This document shows, one piece after another, positions 48,300-60,695 of a DNA stretch of 64,000 nt. The notes under the pieces were generated by a model. That model saw only the letters and a list, made by a program, of their open reading frames with translations. It did no database searches and had not been told where the DNA came from. The stretch is taken from contig NC_068985.1 of the NCBI RefSeq assembly GCF_001194135.2, forward strand, positions 92,598,375 through 92,662,374, given 5' to 3'. Numbering within the stretch: the stretch's first letter is position 1; every line of letters starts with the position of its first letter. Both the position numbers and the translations under genes were made by a program. The DNA is from Octopus bimaculoides (Eukaryota).

Positions 48300-50360
48300 T
48301 ATGCATGCATACATTTATTTCCATGTATTATAGCTTCTGCTTTATTCTCAAGAGCCATCTTACTCTTTTACTGGTTCTGGTAATTGGGCTGTGACCATTC
48401 TAAAGCCCCATTTTCAGTGGCTTTTAGTCTGCCAGTAATTTAATTTTGGTATGTATTTCATCGATCTCTATCAAGTAGCGAAGTTACAGTTTTGACATGG
48501 AAGGTTGCAGCTCAAAATGTATTTGTACTGCTAAAACACTAGCACACAATGGGCTTCCACCTAGTTTCTGTCAATGAAATTTCACTTGACCTACTAAAAA
48601 AAGATGACATATCACTCTAAAGCTAAATTCTGCCATCTGAAAAAGAAAAAAAAAAAAAATTCCTAGATACACTGTCTGGAAAAGTAAAAGATGGGTTGAC
48701 CAGGCTATTAACACCTTTGATGAAAATTAACCTCAGTTTTATTGTTGAGCTGAAACTAAACTACCATTTCTCAGCATCTATATTATGTCTTATCTCTAAA
48801 CATTTCACAGTCTTTCATGCCTAGCAAATTGGTAACTTCCTATTCTTCAGTTTTTGTAATAAATTTTTATACTCTGCTCAACAAATGAAACTAAATGGGT
48901 CATGGACAATGTTCTTGTTTTGGCGACAGAAAGAAAGATAACTGAACTGAAATATCTGGAGTGACAGATTGACCTGATGTCTATGGTTTTCTAGCTATAT
49001 TTGCTTTAAAAATAAAATATTTCAAACTAATTTTGTTTTGAAATAACTTGTTTCATGAATGCTTAACTTGTTGGATATAAATCATCCATTTTGTTGGATA
49101 TTTAGTCTTAGTTGAAGCATTTTTTTTTATTAACTTCAAAAAAGAAAACAAAAAATCCCAGAAAAATAAACAAAATGATTTCAGCAATCATGGATAATAA
49201 CTTCAAATTCTAGTATATTTCTATAAAGTTAGCATGAATAGTTGTAGATTTAAGGTACAGTCAATGTGGTAGTCTTTATATGTGATAGTCATATGTAATT
49301 TGTTTATGCTTTACTGACCTGTCTTTTCGGATGTAAACAAGAGAGGATGGTGATTTATCTTTGCTTCGTTGAACATTAACTTGGGAATGTAGATGAGTTG
49401 TAGTAATAAAAGTATTTATATTAGCTTGTTCTCTTTCTGGAAACTGAGGCTAATTCGTATTTATATCAAATGATTGCATCAGTGACCTTAACCATGCAGA
49501 AAACCAGATCTATCTGGAAATGTACTTCCTGTGAGTATTCACAGTGACACATTACTGCCTGGTCATTTCTGTTCCTACTCAACACTTATCTATGTTTAGC
49601 TAATCAATATCTTTATAGATTTACATGTTGTAGCACACAATATCTTAATCAGTCTTTTGCAACTTGAATAATAAATGAATACTGAATCTTAGGCTATTCT
49701 TTAATGTTTAAAATATCATTTATTGTATTTATACTCTCATATTAGAGCATGTTTACTTATTTGCTGTGCTATTGTAAATTTAGATAACTTAATAATTAAT
49801 TTCACTCTCTTGATACACAGTATTCCTAATTAAATAGCACTTTTAGCTAGATTTTCTGCATTTTTCTGTTGATTCTGTAAAATGTGTTCAAGTGGATGTA
49901 GTTACATCAAACTTTATTGATCCGTATTGGTATTATATAAAATGAAGAGAAGCAGTGAATAATATTGAAAATTTATAAATCAAATATGTCTTGGAAGATC
50001 TGCTGTGTGGTATTTTGGATCAACAGCAAGTATTGTGTTAATGTTTAAAGGAAGTCAATTCTCACTGAACAGACATGATGTAAGGCATTCCAGCCATGAT
50101 TATTTCATCATGGTAGAAGCATGTAGGATTTCACTATTTAATGTGACCTGTCCTTATACATGACAATTGGATGTAATTTAAGGGATATTTGCCTGCTGTT
50201 TCATGTGACTATGTTGCAATTCATGTGACTATATTGAAGAGGAAAAAATAACCTTTTTTGAGAAGCAGGCTGCATGAGACATAACTGATCATCAAATGGC
50301 CTGTAGTACTAAAAAGAAAGTCCTGTAAGCTGCTGTTTTCCCTCGATTGGACAATGTTAT

Positions 50361-50579
50361 TACTCTTTTTACTCTTTTACTTGTTTCAGTCATTTGACTG
50401 TAGCCATGCTGGAGCACCACCTTTAGTCGAGCAAATCGACCCCAGGACTTATTCTTTGTAAGCCTAGTACTTATTCTATCGGTCTCTTTTGCCGAACCGC
50501 TAAGTTACGGGGACATAAACACACCACCATCAGTTGTCAAGTAATGTTGGGGGGGACAAACACAGACACACAAACACAC

Positions 50580-50623
<44 letters not shown>

Positions 50624-50788
50624 GGCAGGCTTCTTTCAGTTTCCATCTACCAAATCCACTTGCAAGGCTTTGGTTGGCCCGAGGCTATAGCAGAAGACAC
50701 TTGCCCAAGGTGCCATGCGGTGGGACTGAACCTGGAACCATGTGGTTGGTAAGCAAGTTACTTACCACACAGCCACTCCTGTGCCTAT
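50361..50788 (-). mobile_element. Family A SINE, full length, low divergence
   Basis: Most CpGs retained; (aaaagagt)n tail; intact A/B boxes. Confidence 0.95.
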
Positions 50789-52444
50789 ATTGTCAACTTT
50801 ATGTTCATCATAGAAAATGCAGACCAAAAATATAGTGGATATTTATATGAATGTATAAATATGTTTATGCAACTACATTTTAAGCTTGAATTTCTCTTTC
50901 ATATTGATAAATCATTACAATTGGTGTTACTGAAACTGACACAGCAGAGTATAATATAACTTGATACGAGGTTTGCTCAGGGCTTGTAGGTTTTATGTCT
51001 GGAGTGACTTTAAAAAATATTATTTTGTAACCACGCTTAAGGGAATTACACAATTCTATAGACATATTGACCTGAGAGGGTGTTTTAGAAATATGTAAAA
51101 CTTACTGAAAGTGAGTTTTATTTAAGATTATTTTAAATTGGTTAGGTCTGGAGCATGGAGCAAGGATCTGTATCAATGTCCTAGCTGGGCAAAGAAACAA
51201 CTCTAGGAGGAGGATTTGACTGCTATTTCTAGATAGTTCATTTAATATGGGTTTGTATATGTTTATATTAGCTTGGTCACTTTTACAATAGAGATTTGGA
51301 AATAGAAAGCAATATGAATATAGTAATGTAACTAAATTTTGAAAGACTGTGTTGGTGCAAATATACTTACCATCGTTATAAATTGTATAATAATTTTCAG
51401 AGTTGCTTAACTATGGTAACACATATTTGAATAGATCATAAGATCTGATCTGTGAAGTAGTGTGCAATTTACTCTGAATATCTCAGAATGATTGCTTAGT
51501 ATATATGTTTCTAATGCAACAATTTATAATTAAGACCCTCTTGACAATACTACTGCAGACAACTTAATGTGGTTGTATTCATTAAATGATTTTCGTTAGT
51601 TTTAGTTTTTAAAAAAATAATACATATATATTTATTCTATGTAACTCTGTTTCATTTCAAATATTTTCCCAATATTGTATTCCCCAACAGATAATATTAG
51701 TCAGCATTCAACTAAAAATTAATAAATCTCAGGTTATGGAATCATGGTTTTGTTGTCTATATTGATTTAGACAAAATTGGAAACAATACTATTTGTTTTC
51801 AGCTCCAGTTTACAATCGTTCCCATTTTCAGATAATGGCAATAACATCCCTATTATATCAGTCATTTTGACTAGGTAATCATTAAAACCGTTTGAATTCT
51901 ATTGCTATCAAAGAACAAAGACATTTTAGTTAATTGTCTAACGAGTATAAATGTTGATGACACTGTTATTGTTTTGTATGTGGATGAACACACGTGCATT
52001 TACAAATACGCATACCACTTTAACACTCGTACATGTGCATACACACATGTTCAAACACAGTTTCTTTTGATAAGGCTCAAGGTCAGTTTTTCAGGAGAGT
52101 ATATAGCTTATAATGGAATTTTACATTATACTACAATTATGTATTGATTCTTGTAGCATTTGAACCCCGAGTAATGATACATTGTACTTGATAAATATAG
52201 TAAAAAGCTCACTGTACTATTTTGTGATTACATGTGGGTATGTGCAAGGTTTTCAGACATATTCAATATGTCCTCCATGTAACTTGCACGTTCCCTTCAT
52301 CAGCTGTTAATTACGGAGCACAATGATTTTGGTGTTACTGGCAGTATTGTTTCCTCCAGCAATGCAAAGCAATGTTGATATATTGAAGGACTGATGGGAT
52401 TTTTCTTATCAATGGGTGTATCAAATCTTTCCCAAACTTACGTC

Positions 52445-52830
52445 TTTTATCTTTTACTTGTTTTAGTCATTGGACTGTGGCCATGCTGGGGTACTGCCTT
52501 AATAGGTTTAGTTGAACATATTGACCCCAGTACATATTAAGTCTTCTATTTATTGTGGTGGCCATTTTTGCTGAATGGCTAACTTATGGGTGTGCAAGCA
52601 ATTCAGCACTGAATGTCAAATGGTGTGTGTGTGTGTGGGGGGGGGTACACATACAACACACACATGCACATACCAAGGGCTTCCACACAGTTTTTGATTA
52701 CCAAATTCACTAACAAGTCATTGCTTGGTGTGGCAGTACATTAGACTCTTGCCCAGGGTGCAGTGCAGTGGGACTGAACCTGAAAGCTCATGGTTTCAAT
52801 GTAAGCTTCTTAACCACACAACCATGCCTA
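52445..52830 (-). mobile_element. Family A-related SINE, diverged
   Basis: ttttacttgttttagtcattggactgtggccatgctgggg..cagtgggactgaacctgaa. Confidence 0.82.
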
Positions 52831-54078
52831 AACAGCTTTTTCATATCTTTTTTTGTTTGCTGTTTATATTAAATTTCTACTGAGTTCCTACTAAGTTTTT
52901 ATGCCACACAGTCCAAGAGCTCAAGTTAATGGTCATGAATCCAACTTTGGATCAACTCCTGAAACGAAGGTCAATTTTTTAGGGATGAATTAATCTCAGT
53001 ACATTTTGAGTACTTTTCCAACTTGGAGCAATTATTTAGTAAAGGCAAAAATAAATCTTGGAAGGTAAATGTTCTGTTTGAAATGCGTCTTGCATTTTGT
53101 ATTGATTATGTAAGCCCACTGCTCTCTTCTGCTGGAATATAGGAATCTGATTTTTAATTTTTGAACTTGTATCTGTCTTGCATATTAAGCAGGTATGAAA
53201 TCATTTCTTTTGTATGTATAAAACAATATACATCACTCAAGTTGTGTACAACATTGAGATGCACCACTTCTGTAATAACTTGATATGCAAGTCCATTTTT
53301 GTATAACCACTTCACTTATGTTCCTTGTTCATTACATCTGGCTTAAATATGTCAACCATTTAACCCTTTTACAAAGCAGGTGGTATATTTCTAATTAAAT
53401 AACATTATTTCAATTCATTTTAAAAATAACCACGAATTTACTAGAATTTTATGAACTAATTAACCTTTACTAATATTTAATTGACGATTCTTCCAATTCT
53501 AAGTTCATATAACACTAGGATCAATTTTTTTCCTTTTGTCCTTCAAAGGTCAATAGAATAAAACCTGAGTCAATTACTGGTATCCATAATATCACCTAAA
53601 CCCCTTTTCTAGAATATCAGACCTAGGCTAGGAACATTTTGAATATGTGATTAACAATAGGTTGTTATTACAGGAAGATATGAGGGAGACACGAGCACTT
53701 TAAGTTGAAATGTTTTGTAGCATAGAACCTGAAGCTGTGTCAGGGAGGTTGGCATAATTGGGGTTAAACCATTCAAGTCATTGATTATGCTATATATGAA
53801 AGTAATGCAGTTAGTTGCTTTTGAGGAAAGCAACAAATAGATAATTCAAAAACAAAAACGATCATTGATTTCTTTTAATTTTATACAATTTAGAGAAACT
53901 GCAAATTTTCTTCTTTTTTTTTTCAACAAGTAGGTTTTACTGATTTTTTTTTTTGTTTTTTTTTTGTGTGTGTTCTTGCATTGATTGGTGGTCTTGATAG
54001 TCAACAGGAAAATATAATTATTCACCAGACAATGAAGTTTAAGCTTAAGGAGACAATTTCTTTACTTGATTCCCCCCC

Positions 54079-54102
54079 NNNNNNNNNNNNNNNNNNNNNN
54101 NN
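54079..54102. other. Assembly gap
   Basis: N-run. Confidence 1.
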
Positions 54103-54929
54103 TACTTGCTCGAGTTCAAAGTTGAGAGCTTTTTAAGTAAAGTATCCATGGAGTGAAGATCTTTCAGAACTGCATTAAAGCGGGGGAGATGTTAAGATGA
54201 ATATTTGTGATTGTTAATAACAGAACTGAGAAAGGAAATGTATTTAGCTCATATTTGCACAATGTAAATAAGCTTTGCTGAAAATTCATAACTTTCTTAA
54301 ATTTCTTAAATTGACAATATTGGCAAGACTGACAAAACCTGGTAATACATTATGTTAGGATGGTAACCATCTTGGAAATATAAATGGCAAAATTACCACT
54401 CGAGGTCATTTTGGGTCTACTTCAGACAACGTTGAATGTCATAAATTCATGATTGGTTATAACAAGTTTGTGATATATATAAAAAATGTTATATATATGT
54501 GCATTTGTACATACAGATATTTGTTTTAGCTCGGGAGGTATTCTTATTGATCTAAAATAAATAGTTGACTCTACCATTATTATCATTTAATATATTACGA
54601 AAGTAATATCTGTTTTGCGGTTGGAGTTGGTTAGAACTGTTTGAAGCACTGGTCTGCTGTTAGCTTTGCTCTTCATTTATACTGTGTATGCTTTAGCTAT
54701 TATCTTCTTCAGTCATTAATAACTGCCTTATGATAAGATGAAGCTGAAAAGCTTCCTCTCCTATTAATTTGTATTGCAAATAATCATAGACCTCCATCAT
54801 TTTCACCATTGTGAAATAAAATCCATAAGTCCGGAAAATCTTGTCGTCTGAGATATTGTCTACATCAACAGATACATTGGTGTAGTTGTAGTAATAATGG
54901 TTTCTACTATAGGTACGAAGCTTCAAATT

Positions 54930-55570
54930 ATGAAGGAAGGGTTAGTTGGCGTCATTGACCCTTTTGCTAAAACTGGTACTTACTTTATCAACCCCGAAAT
55001 AATAAAAGGTATAGTTGACCCTAGTGGAGTTTGAGCATAGAACGCAGAGGCTAACGAAATGCTGCCAAGTATTTTGTTTGTTGTACTAACAGTTTTCTTG
55101 GCTTGCCACTTTAATAATAATAATCCTTTCTATGCGCACAAGGCCTGAAATTTTTAGGGGAGGGGACCAATCGATTACATTGACCTCAGTGCGTAACTGG
55201 TACTTAATTTATTGGCTCTGAAAGGATGAAAGGCAAAGTCAACCCTGGCGGAATTTGAGCTTAGAATGTAAAGACAGACGAACCACTGCTAAGCATTTCG
55301 CCCGGTGTGCTAACGATTCTGCCAGCTCACTGCCTTAAAAATGGGAATTGTTAATTGCGAGCAATAATGAGAATGGTCTCAAATTTTGGTGCAAGGCCAG
55401 CAGGTTTGGGGTGGGGAGGATAATTTGATGTCATCATAAACTCAGTGTTCAATAGGTAATTATTTTATTGACCCTAGAAAAGCAGAAAGGCAATGTTGAT
55501 CCTGGCAGCATTTGAACGTAGAATGTAAAGTCAGAGAAAATGCTGCTAAAGCATTTTGGCTGCCAGCTTG
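54930..55570 (-). mobile_element. Three tandem family D SINE units of differing divergence
   Basis: Units at about 54930-55115, 55115-55340 and 55355-55570, each with gaaagg..aaaggcaaagtc..gaatttga. Confidence 0.82.
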
Positions 55571-56679
55571 CCAACACTTATTTGTAGTTGTCATCACTCT
55601 AAATGCAACAGCAGGAACTTCAGTGTGGTTGCTCAACCTGCTTGAAGTATCAAAAAAATCTGCCTGAAATTACACTGTACTGACCAGTGGTGGCTCATAG
55701 ATAAAATTAGTCTGAATGAAAAACATGGTTATAACTAGAATTGGCTGATCTGTGGCTAAGCAACATGTGCATGCTTGTTTTTTATCCCGTCTAGAAATTA
55801 CAGAAATTGTTTTGTTTTAGAAGAGGATGGAGTCAGGTGTCCTGTACCCATGACCTTTGCTGGCCCTCCAAACAGCTGAGATATGATGTTGATTGGTGTA
55901 AGGCTTGAGTGAAGAGATAATTAGTGATAAGAAGAGAAGTATTGAATTTTGTTGAGGATCACCAATTAATCCATACATGAAATATTTCTCAGCAAAATCT
56001 GCCTCTTAAAGACTAGATTCTTTGTTATTATGTTATTTAGGATTACCTAGGGAGATTATCACAAATGGTGAGATCTACTATTTGTAGTGTCCTCAGGAAT
56101 TTTGTGTTGTTATAACTAGAGATAGTTTATTTGGTAAGAGCAGTGATTGTCTTTGATAAAAGAACCATTCCATTATTTTATTTGAAATCAATACTCTCAC
56201 TCTCTCACTCTCTCACACACACAGAGGCATTCTTGTATATAAAAAGCTCATTAGTATCTATTAATTAAAAGTATTTTAACATAGTTGTTATACCTTGAGC
56301 TTGCTGAAATATTTCATCACTTTTATTGATTTACTTAGCAAAAGATTTTGAAGTTAGATTGATATTTTAATACCAACTCAAATTTTAATCTAAATTTTCT
56401 TTGGTTAAAACTAATACTTTAAAGTTATTTCATTAATTTCAGCTCAAGCATTTCACAGGTGAAGTTCACAATATTCAGTATAATTAATAATCAACACATC
56501 AATTAAATTTTATACAGTTCATGCTATTCTAAAATATTACTCTTTAGCTTTTTTGATGTTTCATTTTATGTCTGCTTTTGAAAGAATTTTCATCTTCATG
56601 TATCTTCTATGGATTCTAGGAAAATGTGTACTAGATTTTCTGGATCGTTTAATTATGTATGTGTATATTTTGTTTTATG

Positions 56680-56683
<4 letters not shown>

Positions 56684-56762
<79 letters not shown>
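56684..56762. repeat. (CA)n microsatellite
   Basis: Direct reading. Confidence 0.98.
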
Positions 56763-56765
<3 letters not shown>

Positions 56766-57052
56766 TGTCTTGTACGAACAGTTTCTGGTTGTAGTCACAA
56801 AAGGTAATCTTGAATAGAGCACACCAGTTGCAGCTAACATTGGTGCATCCCATCATTGTTTAGAGCTAATGAAAATTATTGATACTATAATTATTTTTTG
56901 TGTGAATGTATTTTGTATGTATTCCATCTGAGTGGATGAAGCCGCCTACACATATTGCAAATATGTGAGGTGTGAATGTGATGACAGGGACTGATGGCTG
57001 GAGTTTGCTGTAACAAAAGAACTGATCCTTCACACGTCCAGATCATCTTTAA

Positions 57053-57980
57053 TTACCTCCGCCAAGGAAGGAGGTTATGTTTTCATCGGCGCTGGTTCGT
57101 CTGCCTATCCGTCTGTGTGCAAAATAACTCAAAAAGTTGTGAACGGTATTTGATGAAGCTTGCAAGAAAAGTTGGTAATAACACAAGGAATAGATGATGA
57201 AACTTTGGTATTGATCCGGGAATTTTTATGGATTCTTGAAAGATTCTTTATTTGTTATATTTACTTTACATGAAGTATTACAATGTTACGTTCTTTGATT
57301 ATCTCCCTTGAAAATACGTTCATCGTCTCCATGTAACCTATGGTGGTGTTGCTGTTTCCAAAGTTATATTTTCATTTCTGTATTAGTAATTTTACTCACA
57401 TATCTATGGACTCTTGAGGGATGATCGATACTATACTGACCACTGAAGGATGTAAAATAGGTAGGTAGGTTTAGTTTCGTAAGTAGACAGATACCTCTTT
57501 TATCTTTGACAACGTGGATCTCCTTTATTCCCCTAACCATGAGATCTTGATAACTATGAACCAGTTTGGGTTCAACCAACTAATCCAAAACTCCACCACC
57601 AACTATGGAAGCCTGCTAAATTATGTTTACGTCAATCAGGATCGGCGTCCAAAAGTCACCGTAACAGACTGTTACTTTTCCGACCATGATGTTGTGTGTG
57701 TATCACTCAAGTTTTAGGTAATTGTTGTTTCTTTTTAGTTGTATGGTGAAACTAGCTTGCTGTTGTCATTGATTTATTATAACTGCTTCAGATGATTGCT
57801 GTCTTTAAAGGATTTTTTGTTTTTTAAATCCTATGGTTGTGTTATTTATTTTTTAACCCCACCGAGGAGGTTATGTTATTGCCAGTGTTGGTTTGGGAAA
57901 TTGGGTGATTTTTCAGCATGCGTGTATATGGGTGAAAATGAGCTGCTTGGTGAAGGTCTGCACTTTATGATGTCAATAGA
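57053..57980 (+). mobile_element. Helentron/HINE (DINE-1-like) rolling-circle element remnant
   Basis: 5' ACCTCCgccaaggaaGGAGGT hairpin, second 5'-like end at 57853, 3' subterminal inverted repeat cttggtgaaggt at 57946-57957 followed by gcact.., and an internal AP-endonuclease fragment. Confidence 0.65.
57496..57717 (+). pseudogene. AP-like (EEP) endonuclease C-terminal fragment
   Basis: FDNVDLL..FGFNQLIQNSTTNYGSLLNYVYVN..VTDCYFSDHDVVCVSLKF*: eroded GDFN, T..(D)..Y and SDH motifs, with a stop right after SDH as in C-terminal Helentron EN domains. Confidence 0.8.
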
Positions 57981-58668
57981 AATAATGTGTCTTTGTCTAG
58001 CTTTACTTCAGCTCTCATTGAATAGATCAAATGCATTCCAACTGTGCTAACTCCACTATTTTAGAAAATCACCTTATCTAATGTATCTTTTTCTTTGCCA
58101 AGACAGCAGGGTTTGGTTTGAAACATTGACTTGTTGCATGCCTCAGTCACTGTTTTCTTTATGCTGTGGCAGCAAACCTATCCCCTCAATTTCCCGAATA
58201 GATTATACTTATTTTGAGTGTTTTATTCAATTAGATAGACTGGAGTGGTGATTGTTTTGACTTTTGATTACGATAATGTCTAAGATTCGATATAAACTGC
58301 CTCCCCCTCCTAATCACTCTTGGCCAAACCTTTCACCAATAACATAAATAAAATCAAAACGTTGTTCATATTTTCACAGCTGATGGTAAATTAGTATTTT
58401 CCAGACAAAGTTTTCCACTTACTGAAAAAATGCTTTTATATATAACTTCATCACGCATTTAATTTGTGTTATATTTTTTTTTACTATCCCTATTTTAATT
58501 AATTGTATTTATTCCCAAGCAAATCTATTACCACTCAGATTACAGCTAGTTAGGGGAATTATACAGTTTTTATATTGTTTAATAAATTTATCCTTTGTTA
58601 TAAGTATTTTGTTTTTCTCTAGTGAAGAGTGTTATCATTCATCATTTAAGGCCTGACTTCCATGCTGG

Positions 58669-59028
58669 CGTGTGTGCATGTGTGCATGTGTGTGTGTACG
58701 TGTGTGCGTGTACATGTGTGCGTGTACATATGTATACGTGTGTGTATATGTGTGTGTACATGCATGTGTGTGTACATGCGTGTGTGTGTACATGTGTGTG
58801 TACGTGCATGTGTGTGCATGTGTGTATATGTGTACATGTGTGTATGTTTCCATGTACATGTGTGTGTGTGCATGTACATGTGTGTGTGTGCATGTACATG
58901 TGTGTGTGTGCGTGTACACATGTGTGTGTGCGCATGTACATGTGTGTGAGTGTGTGTGTGCGCATGTTCATCTGTGTACGTGTGTGTGTGTGTGTGCATG
59001 CATGTACATGTGTGTGTGTGTGTGTGTG
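58669..59028. repeat. Compound (GT)n/(ATGT)/(GCAT) alternating purine-pyrimidine tract
   Basis: About 360 bp; explains the six overlapping Cys/Val and His/Thr ORFs. Confidence 0.97.
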
Positions 59029-59540
59029 AGTACCATTTTGTAGATTCTGCCATGAAATATAGGTTTATGTTGAAAATAATATTTTATAACCTTTAGCACT
59101 TTTGATAAAGTGTGATAGGTTAGGTGTGTACTTAGATGTGGATTTGTATTTTCTTGACAGATAATTTTAGATGTAGAATATTAATGTCTTATCTAAGGGG
59201 GAAAAAATTACTTTGCTGTTCATACTTTTCTGAAAAGTCTTACTGGTGAAACTGAGACATATTTTCATCTTGCTAAAAGCTTATCTCTACTCATAATTAA
59301 TTAATTTGAAAAATGGAGAGTTATTGAATAAGTAGAATACAGTATTTGGAAATGAGAATAATGAAATTTTCTTAAAATACCTCAAAATGCTTGTTGACTA
59401 AGCATTTCTGCTGTAGTATGAATTGATCGCTTATCTACTAAGCCAGCAGCCTACTACTGAACCATCTTGCTTAGTATATTTCCTGATCAATCGAGTGAAG
59501 TTGTCTCCCATGTTTGCTGAGCAAAACAATACTCTTTTAG

Positions 59541-59932
59541 ACTTTTACTAGCTTCAGTCATTTGACTGCGGCCATGCTGGAGCACTGCCTTTATAGTTGA
59601 GCAAATCAACCTCAGAGCTTATTCTTTGTAAGCCTAGTACTTATTCCATCGGTCTCTTTTGCTGAACCACAAGATTGTATAGACATAAACACACCAGCAT
59701 CAGTTGTCAAGCGATGCTGGGGGGGACAAACAGACACATAAACATATATACACATACATATGTATACATATATACAACGGGCTTCTTCTAGTTTCCATCT
59801 ACCAAATCCACTAACAAGGCTTTGGTCAGCCCGAGGCTATAGTAGAAGTTAGTTGCCCAAGGTGCCATGCAGTAGTACTGAACCTGGGACCATGTGGTTG
59901 GTAAAGAAGCTACTTACCAGACAGCCACTCCG
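59541..59932 (-). mobile_element. Family A SINE
   Basis: Collinear with 50361-50788. Confidence 0.92.
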
Positions 59933-60044
59933 AATTCCTAATATATTTTATTAAACACTACATTGGACTCCACTGTGTTATTTCCTGTTTCAAACATTGT
60001 AAGTAATCAAAATCTACCTTTTTTATGTTGTAAATTTAGTTTAG

Positions 60045-60695
60045 TGCCTAAAGTTACATAATAGTATTTGTGCTGGAGTATGAACTGGCAACTTTATTGA
60101 CTTGATCATTCTGACTTATGCGTACCTTTCCTTCTTTGGACACAAAACCCTGCTTGCGAAGACCTGCTGAGGCAAGTGAAATCGAAATTGAACCAAATTC
60201 GACGACTGGCACCCATGCCAACCTTCCTTCATTGGGCACTAAACTCAGCTTGCGAAGACCTGTTGGGGCAAGTGAGATCGAAACTGAACCAAATGTGTTG
60301 ACTGGCACCCATGCCAGTGGAGCACTAACAGCACCATCCGAGTGGGATCACTGCCAGAGCAGCGGTCACGCTCCCATGCTGGTAGCATGTAAAACGCACC
60401 ATTTGAGCGTGATCGTTTCCAGCTTCGCCTTACTGGCACTTGTGCCGGTGGGATGTGAACAAAACATTGGACTGACTCCTGTGCAGGTGGCATGTAAAAA
60501 ACACCATTTGTGCGTGGCCGTAAAAAGCACCCACTACACTCTCGGAGTGGTTGGTGTTAGGAAGGGCATCCAGCCGTAGAAACTATGCCAGATCAGATTG
60601 GAGTTTAGTGTAGCCATCTGGTTCACCAGTCGCCAGTCAAATCGTCCAACCCATGCTAGCATGGAAAGCAGACGTTAAATGATGATGATGATGCT
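60045..60695 (+). mobile_element. Long family B element with two kinds of internal tandem repeat
   Basis: Two ~97-bp units (ccttcctt..gcttgcgaagacctg..gactggcacccatgcca), then ~60-bp units, conserved 3' end and (GAT)n tail. Confidence 0.92.

Noticed and set aside
46800-51900. Several short AG...GT-bounded open segments (e.g. GILKKGRSAEQFYNYPLGN near 47030, DLNHAENQIYLEMYF near 49490)
   Set aside because: Frames do not chain into a coherent protein, and such signals are frequent by chance in T-rich DNA.
58622-59053. Cys-rich and His-rich ORFs resembling metallothioneins or His-rich proteins
   Set aside because: Translation of a (GT)n-type microsatellite, open in nearly all frames.
60118-60579. 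153-aa ORF with internal repeats
   Set aside because: Lies wholly within the tandem units of a family B repeat; no protein family motif.
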